Below, one piece after another: positions 9,183-18,100 of a DNA stretch of 64,000 bases (the first letter of the stretch is position 1; each line of letters opens with the position of its first letter). The position numbers were made by a program, and so were the translations under genes. Location: the IMG/VR virus record IMGVR_UViG_3300028563_000022, positions 277-64,276 of that record. The stretch is one strand, 5' to 3'. The notes under the pieces are model-generated. The model was not told the DNA's origin and did not search any database. It saw only the letters and a program-made list of their open reading frames with translations. The DNA is from a virus (lineage: Duplodnaviria; Caudoviricetes).

Positions 9183-10433
9183 ATGCTTGATATTCAGGCC
9201 ATGAGGGAAAAACGCGCCGCCGTTTCCCGTGAGTGCAAGGCGCTCCTCGACGACAACCAGGGGGACAAGTGGACCCCGGCGCTCGGCGAAAAATTTGATG
9301 CCCTGGTGAACGAGATCGACGATCTGGATGCGAGCATTGGCCGCTACCAGAAGATGCTCGATGTCACCGCCGAGGACATCCAGAACGCCATGGTTGGCGA
9401 CGCGGCTGACCGCGCGGCCCACAAAAACCCCGAGTCCAAGAATGCTCAGGAGATGTTCCTGACCTGGATGCGCGGGGGCGTGCGTGCCCTGGACGCCGCT
9501 GTGTCCAAGCTGTCCCCCGGCATCCGCAACACCATGGACACCACCGTTGGCGCTGATGGCCAGTACACTGTGCAGTCCGTGGTTGTGGCTTCCGTCCTCG
9601 AAGCCTTGAAGCAGTACGGCGGGATGCGCTCCGTAGCCAACATCATCGCCACTGAGCAGGGCAACCCGATGAACTGGCCCACCAGCAACGGCACCGCCGA
9701 GCTGGGCGAAATCATGGACCAGAACACTGCGGCCACCGCCCTGGACCCCTCGTTCGGTACGTTGCCCCTGAACGTCTACAAGTACAGTTCCAAGATCGTC
9801 ACGGTGCCCATCGAGCTGCTCCAGGATTCCTCGGTGGACATCGAGAGTTTCGTCCGCGCTCGCCTGGTCATGCGCCTCGGCCGCATCATGAACCAGCACT
9901 TCACCGTTGGCCTGGGTTCCGGTTCCGACCAGCCCATGGGGCTCATCACCGCTTCCGCCGCTGCCGGCGTTGGCAAGGTTGGCATCACTGGCGAGACCAC
10001 AACCCTGATCTACGATGACCTGATCGACCTGATCCATTCGGTTGACCCGGCCTATCGTGACCTCGGCAACTGCCGCTTCATGCTGAATGACCTCGTTCTT
10101 CGCTCCCTGCGCAAGATCAAGGACTCCACCGGTCGCCCCCTGTGGGCCCCCTTCGAGGGTCCTCTGGCTGCGGGTATCTCCGGCACCCTGTGTGGCTACC
10201 CCTACACCACCAACCAGCAGATGGCCGTCATGGCTGCCAACGCCTACTCCGTGGCCTTCGGCGACATGAGCTTCTACACCATCCGCGATGTCATGCAGAT
10301 GACCTTCTACCGCTTCGACGACTCCGTGTATGCCTCCAAGGGTCAGGTGGGCTTCCTCGCCATCCTGCGCTCCGGCGGCAACTTCATGGACGTGGGTGGC
10401 TCGGTCAAGGTGTTCCAGAACTCCGCGACCTAA
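9183..10433 (+). CDS. Major capsid protein (HK97 fold)
   Basis: N-terminal coiled-coil delta domain, ELLQDS..DIE, LRKIKDSTGRPLW, FGD.S.Y motifs. Confidence 0.95.
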   Translation: MLDIQAMREKRAAVSRECKALLDDNQGDKWTPALGEKFDALVNEIDDLDASIGRYQKMLDVTAEDIQNAMVGDAADRAAHKNPESKNAQEMFLTWMRGGVRALDAAVSKLSPGIRNTMDTTVGADGQYTVQSVVVASVLEALKQYGGMRSVANIIATEQGNPMNWPTSNGTAELGEIMDQNTAATALDPSFGTLPLNVYKYSSKIVTVPIELLQDSSVDIESFVRARLVMRLGRIMNQHFTVGLGSGSDQPMGLITASAAAGVGKVGITGETTTLIYDDLIDLIHSVDPAYRDLGNCRFMLNDLVLRSLRKIKDSTGRPLWAPFEGPLAAGISGTLCGYPYTTNQQMAVMAANAYSVAFGDMSFYTIRDVMQMTFYRFDDSVYASKGQVGFLAILRSGGNFMDVGGSVKVFQNSAT

Positions 10434-10464
10434 TCAAAAGGTCTTGTTTAACACAACAAAATAT

Positions 10465-10492
10465 GGGGCCGGGTTTATCCCGGCCTCGTTTT
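10465..10492 (+). terminator. Intrinsic terminator-like hairpin after capsid gene
   Basis: GGGGCCGGG-TTTAT-CCCGGCCTC followed by GTTTT. Confidence 0.6.
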
Positions 10493-10506
10493 AAGGAGCC
10501 GGGAAA

Positions 10507-10746
10507 ATGAAAGCACGCGCGCTTTTGGACATTCCACACCATGGCATAAAAGCGGGGCAGTTCTTCGAGGCCGATGAGGCCCTGGTCAAGAACTTTGTGA
10601 ACAGTGGTGATGCGGATGACCAGGCCCAGGAGGCCGAGGTTTATGGGGCGAACATCCCCAAAGCCAAGATCATCGCCGCGGCGTTCCCCGAAGTGGATAC
10701 CACCAACGAGCCCCCGACCGACGAGAAGCCCAAAGGCAAGAAGTAA
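10507..10746 (+). CDS. Small hypothetical head-region protein
   Basis: AAGGAG RBS; typical position between capsid and head-tail connector. Confidence 0.6.
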   Translation: MKARALLDIPHHGIKAGQFFEADEALVKNFVNSGDADDQAQEAEVYGANIPKAKIIAAAFPEVDTTNEPPTDEKPKGKK

Positions 10747-10749
10747 GAC

Positions 10750-11439
10750 ATGGCCCTCCGAGTCATCACTCCCCCCTCAGTCGAGCCAATAGCCCTTGCT
10801 GACGCGAAGCTGCACGCGCGTGTGGACGATGACACCTCAGACTCATTGTTCAACATCCTCATTTCGTCCGCGCGCATCCACGGCGAGCGCCTGACGAGGA
10901 GGGCCTTTGTCACCCAGACCCTCCAGCTCACCCTGGATCGTTTTCCCACCGGCTACGCTCCCGGCAGCATAGTCGGCAACTTTCCGGGGTTCCCGAGAAT
11001 ATACCCCAACACCTTGCGGCGCTTGTACTCCAGGCAGCTCATAGAACTGCCGAATCCGCCGCTTCAGTCCATTACCTCCGTGCAGTATGTGGACACGACT
11101 GGCGCAACCCAGACATTGGCCCCCACTGCATATCTCTTGGTGAATGACTCCGATACCACCCCGCCTTTCATCGTCCCGGCCTACGGCACCTCCTGGCCAG
11201 ATACCCAGGACATCCCGAACTGCGTGGTCATCACCTACGTTGTTGGCTGGCCGCTTGATAATATGGGGGCTCCCACCACACCGCAGGCCATCCAGGCCTG
11301 GATGCTCGTCAGGGTGACGGGTCTGTATGGTCAGCGCGAGAACTTTGTCATCGGAACGATCCGTAAAGGGCTTCTCCAGATGGATCGCAGCTTCGTGGAT
11401 TGTCTGCTCGATCCCTACGCCATTGTGGAGGTCATCTGA
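10750..11439 (+). CDS. Head-tail connector (gp6/gp15-like)
   Basis: P..EPI.LADAK.HARVD, LTRRAFVTQT, LP.PPLQSI.SV.Y motifs. Confidence 0.88.
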   Translation: MALRVITPPSVEPIALADAKLHARVDDDTSDSLFNILISSARIHGERLTRRAFVTQTLQLTLDRFPTGYAPGSIVGNFPGFPRIYPNTLRRLYSRQLIELPNPPLQSITSVQYVDTTGATQTLAPTAYLLVNDSDTTPPFIVPAYGTSWPDTQDIPNCVVITYVVGWPLDNMGAPTTPQAIQAWMLVRVTGLYGQRENFVIGTIRKGLLQMDRSFVDCLLDPYAIVEVI

Positions 11440-11771
11440 TGGCCTCGGCAAGTGAGCTGAACGAGCGACTCCAGATTCAGGTGTTGACCAAGACGCCAAC
11501 GGCTACCGGCGGCGCTGAAGAGTCATGGGACACCGTGGCCACCGTCTGGACGCGCACCTGGGGTGCGACGGGTTCGGAGCGCCAGGTGGCCACCATGCAG
11601 CAAGACAAGCTGCGCCGGCATTTCATAATCCGGTACTACCCAACTCTTTCGGCCATGAACCGCATCGTCTACCGAGGTGTGACCTTCAATGTGACTTGGG
11701 TGGACAACCGCTTCCCAGAAAATGAAACGTGGTTCGACGCTTACGCTCTGGATAACCAGCAGGCGCAATAA
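11439..11771 (+). CDS. Head closure / head-tail adaptor (SPP1 gp16-like)
   Basis: LNERLQIQ...W..VATVW...IRY......RIVY.G..FN pattern; synteny. Confidence 0.85.
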   Translation: MASASELNERLQIQVLTKTPTATGGAEESWDTVATVWTRTWGATGSERQVATMQQDKLRRHFIIRYYPTLSAMNRIVYRGVTFNVTWVDNRFPENETWFDAYALDNQQAQ

Positions 11772-12208
11772 TGGCCAACAAGAGTCAAGTCACTGTCAAT
11801 TTCCCGACCGATTTCCGGGACCTCTTGGGCAAGATCAACGCCGCGATTCAGGATTCCGCTTTAGAGATCGCGGGACTCATCGCCGAGGATGCCCAAGCCA
11901 CCTCTGCATTCAGGGATTACACCGGCACTCCCCGGGAGTCGGAGTGGCATAAGGCCCATTTCCCGAACGCACGGACGCTACGCATCAATATCAAGGCCAA
12001 GCTCTCCAAGTACCTCGATGGGGGGGCCATTGTCGTGGCCTCCGCGCCACACGCGCATCTGGTCGAGTATGGGCATGTCTTTGTCGCTCACGGGAAGGTA
12101 TGTGGTTCGGTTCCACCACACCCGTACTTGCGGCCCGCGTGTGAAGCCAGAATGGAGGAGGCCGTCATGAAGTTCGCCAATGCTATTCAAGAGACTCTGG
12201 GGTCATGA
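11771..12208 (+). CDS. HK97 gp10-like neck protein
   Basis: APHAHLVEYGH...VPPHPYLRPA motif. Confidence 0.85.
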   Translation: MANKSQVTVNFPTDFRDLLGKINAAIQDSALEIAGLIAEDAQATSAFRDYTGTPRESEWHKAHFPNARTLRINIKAKLSKYLDGGAIVVASAPHAHLVEYGHVFVAHGKVCGSVPPHPYLRPACEARMEEAVMKFANAIQETLGS

Positions 12209-12600
12209 GTTCACTCTTTGCAGCCATCTATGCCATGTTCGTGGCCGCTCCAGGTGGGGTTCATAACGCGCTGTACCTGGCGCTGAATGGCAACCTGTTC
12301 AACACTGGTGCCCCACTCAATACCGCGCTGCCCCTGGCCACGATGTCCCTGGTGAACAACCAGACGGACCTATTCATGGAAAAGATACTGATGCAGTTTT
12401 CCATCTTCTCCAACACGCCAGGGGACACGGAAATCTTGAACGCCTATGCAGCACTGATCGCGCTCTATGACAACTGTTCCCTGGCCAATGTGGGCAACCC
12501 GAGCAACTTGGGCATGGAACGCAGGCACTCGCTTCTCATGAAAGAGGATACAGTTTGGCACTACGTTGTAGAGTACGAAATTTGGGTCGAGCGTATGTAG
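12205..12600 (+). CDS. Tail terminator/completion protein
   Basis: Size and synteny before tail tube; C-terminal WHYVVEY beta strand. Confidence 0.65.
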   Translation: MSSLFAAIYAMFVAAPGGVHNALYLALNGNLFNTGAPLNTALPLATMSLVNNQTDLFMEKILMQFSIFSNTPGDTEILNAYAALIALYDNCSLANVGNPSNLGMERRHSLLMKEDTVWHYVVEYEIWVERM

Positions 12601-12725
12601 GAGTTCTCTCAGGAGAACTGGGTTGCAAGGAATTTTGGTGTCTCAAGTGTATGCGTACCACATCAAGGGCGCATTATGCCCCAGTATGTCTGGTTTAACC
12701 GAACAAAACGTCTAAGGAGGCTCCT

Positions 12726-13886
12726 GTGGCCGCACCCTCGAACATTATTGGCATCGCCCGCCAGCAGACCGTCTTCGCGGTTCTGGAAACCACGCCTGGG
12801 GTGTTGGCCTTCCCGACCGCCTCCACTCCCCAGATCATCGCAGCGGGTTTCCCGGACATGGACCAAACCCCAACTTTCACCGACTCCGAGGAAATCAAGT
12901 ACACCCGGGACCTGCTCCAGCAGTTTCAGGATATGTGCCCCGCTGGCACGTTCTCGATCCCGCTGTATGCCCGGCCTTCCGGCGCACTCGGCACACCGCC
13001 CTGTGGTGACGTGATCTTCCAGTCGTTGCTCGGCGTGAAAACCGTCAACGCCGGCACCAGCGTCGTCTACACTCCGGGCATCACCAAGCCCAGCTTCTCG
13101 ATGTGGTTCCTGCGGGGCAACACCCTGTTCTTCGCTTCCGGCTGCGTGGCTGAGACCATGAAGATCACGGCCACCAACAAGGGTGGCGTGAAATTCAACA
13201 TCACGGGTTCCTTCCTCCAGATGGGCTGGTCGGGCCGTGACGGTGTGGCCACCGCTGCTTCCATCGGCGCCAGCACCGTGACCGTCTACGATGCCTCCAA
13301 GTACACCGTTGGCGCGGTCATCCAGGACATCACCGCCGCTGACTCCAGCACCAACGGCTACACCGTGACCGCTGTGAACACGACCACCAACGTGCTGACC
13401 GTCAGCCCCGTTCTGGTCAAGGCCTGGTCCATCAGTGACGTGATCCAGCCCTTCTTGCCAGTTGGAACCACCGTGGGCGCGCCTCTGGAATCCCGCAAGA
13501 CTTCGATCACTCTGAACGCCGTCTCCAAGGTGCTCGTCTCCCTGGACCTCGACTACGAGGACAAGGTGAAGATGCTGGACGACGAAATCACTACCAGTGG
13601 CTACCCCACCGGCTGGGTGGAAAACCTGCGCAAGACCTCCGGCACCGCGAAGTCGCACTTCCGCCAGAACGACATGGTGCAGTTCATGAACGGGTTCGCG
13701 GGTTCCAACCAGCCCGTGGTCTGCACCTTCGGCACCGTGGCGGGGTCCATCCTGACCATATCCATGACCAACTGCAAAATGCACGTCCCCAACGTGACTG
13801 CCAACGCCCCGGTTATTGATCTGGCTGTCCAGTTCGCCGCCCTGGGCACCAACGGGGAAGACAGCATCAGCCTTACCTGGACTTAG
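12726..13886 (+). CDS. Tail tube (major tail) protein with internal extra domain
   Basis: AAGGAGG RBS + GTG; Thr/Val-rich; ETTPG N-terminal motif; precedes tail assembly chaperones. Confidence 0.8.
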   Translation: MAAPSNIIGIARQQTVFAVLETTPGVLAFPTASTPQIIAAGFPDMDQTPTFTDSEEIKYTRDLLQQFQDMCPAGTFSIPLYARPSGALGTPPCGDVIFQSLLGVKTVNAGTSVVYTPGITKPSFSMWFLRGNTLFFASGCVAETMKITATNKGGVKFNITGSFLQMGWSGRDGVATAASIGASTVTVYDASKYTVGAVIQDITAADSSTNGYTVTAVNTTTNVLTVSPVLVKAWSISDVIQPFLPVGTTVGAPLESRKTSITLNAVSKVLVSLDLDYEDKVKMLDDEITTSGYPTGWVENLRKTSGTAKSHFRQNDMVQFMNGFAGSNQPVVCTFGTVAGSILTISMTNCKMHVPNVTANAPVIDLAVQFAALGTNGEDSISLTWT

Positions 13887-13987
13887 GCCCTTCTTTGGTG
13901 CGGCTACCGTTCATGGCGGGAAAAGGAGAACCCGGCTCCCTGCCGCACCAATTAACCGGAAAAACATCCTTCGGGAGGACATCAGTC

Positions 13988-14425
13988 ATGCGTATCGGTA
14001 AAAAGATCACTCGCGTTTTCCCCATTCCCAACGACCCGGACAAGGGCGAAGTCACCATCGTCCATCTGCTTCCCGGCGAGGTCGAAGACCTCCAGGAGAA
14101 GATGAAGGCCTTCGAGACAGTCATGCGCCGCAATGACAAGGGTGACCTCGAACCCGAGATGCGCCAGAACTCCGATCTGGGCAACACCCGCTATCTGTTT
14201 GTCCAGGCGGCCGTCACCGACTGGAAGAACTTCAAGTTCGAGAAGGGTGAAATGATGCCCTGCAACGAGGACACCAAGCTCCGTGTGTCCCGCGAAGTCG
14301 AGATTGAGGTCACCCGTAAGGATGGCAAGACGGAAATTCTCGGCTTCCCCGCCTGGGTCAATGAGTGCCGCATAGAACTGGGCAAGATTGTCCGGGGGAA
14401 CAAAGAGGCTGCCGAAAAAAACTAA
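13988..14425 (+). CDS. Tail assembly chaperone (gpG-like)
   Basis: Between tail tube and tape measure; ends GAA AAA AAC TAA slippery sequence. Confidence 0.8.
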   Translation: MRIGKKITRVFPIPNDPDKGEVTIVHLLPGEVEDLQEKMKAFETVMRRNDKGDLEPEMRQNSDLGNTRYLFVQAAVTDWKNFKFEKGEMMPCNEDTKLRVSREVEIEVTRKDGKTEILGFPAWVNECRIELGKIVRGNKEAAEKN

Positions 14426-14799
14426 TAGCGTGGGGCGAATGGGCCGTGGGTGACGCGGCCAGTTGTGAAGACTGTCGCGCCACCTGTGAACTCGATGGAG
14501 ACGACCCGCCATGCGGAACATGCCCCCGCCCTACGCATCTGCTACCGGAGAATGAAAACGCATGGCACTTGTGGCAGCTCCTCGCAGGATTCAACAGACC
14601 GATAATTTCCAATCCGGCCGGTGGGGCACAACGCCTCATTCTTCAGGCTACAGATGTGGTTCGGGTATGCGAGGCCCAAGGCCAGGCGACATGGGAGGAC
14701 GTGGAAATGATCCTCATGCTGGACTCCGCGTTGTTCCCGATCCTTCAAGTGAAATGGGAGTCCGCGGCCCCGCCGAAGGAGCCCGTGGTAATGGAGTAG
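14416..14799 (+). CDS. Tail assembly chaperone -1 frameshift extension (gpGT-like)
   Basis: A AAA AAC heptamer at 14416-14422; -1 frame open to 14799 with CEDC...PPC..C and LLPEN..AW.LW. Confidence 0.75.
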   Translation, partial: KKLIAWGEWAVGDAASCEDCRATCELDGDDPPCGTCPRPTHLLPENENAWHLWQLLAGFNRPIISNPAGGAQRLILQATDVVRVCEAQGQATWEDVEMILMLDSALFPILQVKWESAAPPKEPVVME

Positions 14800-14822
14800 G
14801 GGGACCCGGGTCCCCCGTCCGT

Positions 14823-15050
14823 TCAGTAGCCCTTCGCATGGAGGCATTGACTCAGGAAGTACACCTGGGAGAATTGGTTTCCCTTCGGTCCACCAACCTG
14901 CTGCGTGGCCAGGGCGTTACACTCCACATAGGCCAAGTCATAGTTGTTGCCCCCCGCAGCGCGCTGGGCGGCCATTTCCTGTGGGCTGGTAGCAGGCGCG
15001 CAGCCAGCCAGAAAACCCCCGAGCAGACACAGAGCAAGTGTGTACCGCAT
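14823..15050 (-). CDS. Small antisense lipoprotein (moron-like)
   Basis: MRYTLALCLLGGFLAGC lipobox; C...C.C..KGY C-terminus; opposite strand within tail operon. Confidence 0.7.
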   Translation of the reverse strand: MRYTLALCLLGGFLAGCAPATSPQEMAAQRAAGGNNYDLAYVECNALATQQVGGPKGNQFSQVYFLSQCLHAKGY

Positions 15051-15130
15051 TTCAGTATCCCCGCTTTGGTTAAGTGTATCAGCTATCCTGCTGATACCAC
15101 CCATGTAGCCGATAAGGCAATGGTGTAGTC

Positions 15131-18100
15131 GTGGGTCAAGTCGTGGGTCAAGTCGGAAGCATCTATGTTGAGGTTCGCGGCGACATAAGCCAGCTTGACA
15201 CAGACCTTCGCGCCGCCCGGGGCATGGTCCGTGAAGCGGCCAATGATATCTCAGATTCGATGGCCAACGCCCTGAAGCCCAACCAGATCACCAGCGGCAT
15301 CAGCTCGATGGTGGGTCGTTTCAGCGAGCTCTCCAACTACGCCAAGACTGCGGGCAAGTCCTTTGATGGCCTGGGGGTAAACCTCGGGGAACTCCAAAAG
15401 CTCACTGGCATGGCCTCGGATCAGTTTGGTAAGCTCCAGGCCCGGTTCCTCGAAGTGCAGGCAGTAAAGACCGCCGAGAATGCGCTCAAAGACATGGGCA
15501 ACCGTCTTCAACTGACCTCCAGCGAAGTCCAGAAGATGGGAGAGCAGTTCAATCTGTCCAGCAACTCCATTAAGAAGGTGCAGGACGCCCTTACCGGGGC
15601 CACCAATGCTGGCAAGGGCTTTGGCAGCATCATTGAGAACACCTTTCTCTACGGCTCTGCCTATCGGCTGCTCGGTGCGATCCAGGAACTCCCGGGCGCG
15701 ATCCTGGAAGCCTCGGCCAAGATGGAAGCCCTGCGCCGGTCCTTCGATGGCATTTTCGGCAATGAGGAAGGGCCCAAGCAGTTCGCCTACGCTGGCGAGA
15801 TGGCCCGAAAGTATGGCAAGGACATTGAGGGCCTGGCAGAGGGCTACAGAAAATTTTCGGCTGCGGCCGAGTTCATGGGTGTCTCGGTAGACACCACCAA
15901 GCGGGTCTTCGAGGCTGTTACCGAGGCCATCACCAAAACGGGTGGCACGTCCGAGGATGTGTCCACCTCCCTGGGTGCGCTTGAGCACATGATGTCCAAG
16001 GGCACCGTAACCGCCGAGGTTTTCCGCCGCCAATTCGCTTCTCACATTCCGGGAGCTATGAAGATCGGCGCAGAGGCCATGGGTGTCACCACCGCCGAGT
16101 TCAACCGGATGATGAAAGCGGGTGAGATCGCGTCCATGGACCTCATCCCCAAGCTCGTCGCCCCCCTGGAAAGGATGGCTGAGGGCTGGGAGAAATCCGC
16201 GGACACGGTGCTGGCCAACACCAACCGCCTGAAGAACGACATGAAGTCCTTGGCGGACAGCGATGCCATACAGACCTGGGCCAACACCACCGTGAAGTTC
16301 ATGGATAAGGTAATTAAAAAAGCGCAGGAAGTGGCTGATAGTCTAGAAAAGAACAGGAAGTTCGCCAGTCGGGATAGCTGGGGTGTGATGCCGGAGGGGG
16401 GCACAGACGACGAGAAACTTGCGGCCCTCAAGACCGTGGCGAACATGCCCGACCTTGATAAGATGAAGTTCTATAACTCCCAGCTTGAGGACTTAGGAAA
16501 AAAGCGGGAAGCCATAATTAGTGCCTACTACGCGCAAGGAGGAGGCTTAAACTCCTCTATTGGCGCCGCAATGCCCATAGACTCCCAGATGAATAACCTG
16601 GAGAGAATGAAGAAAGAACTTACCTGGGTAATGCAGTTGAAGGAGGCACTTGCTGACACAGAGAATCTTGCTAGCAAAGGCATAGAGGTAAAGACAAACA
16701 CTGAGAAAGCTGAATGGCTCGCAAAGATGCTCAGTGACCTTACTGGCACTCTTTACACCGTTCATATCAGCACAGAGGTTAATACAGACCCCCTTATCAA
16801 AGCCATAAATCTAATCGACCGCCTCTACGCCAAGTCTGCGGAAAGCAAACTCGGGATGGCCACGGCGAGCATGGGTGTGCTCACACCAGAAACTCGTCAG
16901 GAACTCCAGGGGCGGATTGACGCTTCTCAGAGAGAACTCCGGGGGGCCACGGGGGATAGGGCGGTAGACCTTGCATCAGGAAGGTTGGACTCCGCGAAAG
17001 CTGCGCTGGACCACTTCGACATTTCTCTCGGGGAGGCAAAGAAGGAAGCGGCCGATGCGCAGAAAGCGGTATCAGCGCAAACGCAGTCCCGCGTTGACCC
17101 CTACTATGGAACGAGCCCCGGAGAGTTCCTGGGCTTGGGGGATAAGGCCAACGCCCGGACCTCAAAGTATTGGTCGGATTTCAACAAGAGTGGCATCTCC
17201 GCTAAAATGCTCGACCCTGACCCAGGTATCGCGCAGGTAGCCCGGGCCAAATGGGCGGCCATCAGCCAGGAATTGGCTGATGGCATCCAGAAGGATAAGG
17301 ATGCTGCGGCCAAGAAGGCCATGGGCGCCGCGCGCCATGACCTCCAGGTTGAGAAGCTCGGCGACACGGTTGACAACTACATCAACAAGAGTCTGAGCGG
17401 GGCAAACAGCGACCCCCTTCAAGCGAAGTTCGACGACATCCACCAGAAGGTCCAGGGCCTCTTGTCCAGGGCCAAGGAACTTTCCCTCCAGGGGGGCGTT
17501 TCGGTCCAGGAGTTCACGGACAAGCTGAAGCCAGCGGAAGAAGCTGCAAGGCAACTGGCCGCCCAGAACCAGATCGAGACTCTCTTTCCCTACCTGAAGA
17601 AGGACGCCGCACTCCAGGGCTTCTGGAATGACATCTATTTCCACTACGACTACATGGACGCCGCAGCCAAGAAGCTGGGCACCACCGTCAAGGAAATGTG
17701 GGATAAGATGAGTGGGGTGGGGGTCTACAAGGTGGACCTGAGCAACCTCAAGAGCGCCATGGCCTACGCCGGCAACTTCGGGGATTATTCCAAAGCTTAC
17801 AAAGCGGTGAGTGCCAAAGAGTATCAGGACAATGGAGAGCAGGAACAAAAAGTATGGTTAGACCTCGCAAATACTTATGACACCTTGTCTTCCAAGATGC
17901 TCGAAACCCGCTCGGCCATGTACGACCGCGTGGTGGCCAAGGCCAAAGCTGCTGGCTATGATGAAGCCACAGCCACCAAGTACGCGCAGCTCGCACAGGA
18001 AAAGGATGCCCAGGCCAATCTCGCCAAGAGCCTGAACTACGCAGGCAGCTTTGGGGAGTACGCCGGAGGCCGGGCGCTCCAGGATACTGGGGTAGGGACC

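Noticed and set aside
12663-13784. Long antisense ORFs (e.g. 12663-13784, 9102-10037, 26112-27080, 29380-30459, 35699-36625)
   Set aside because: Shadow frames of GC-rich genes with no recognisable motifs
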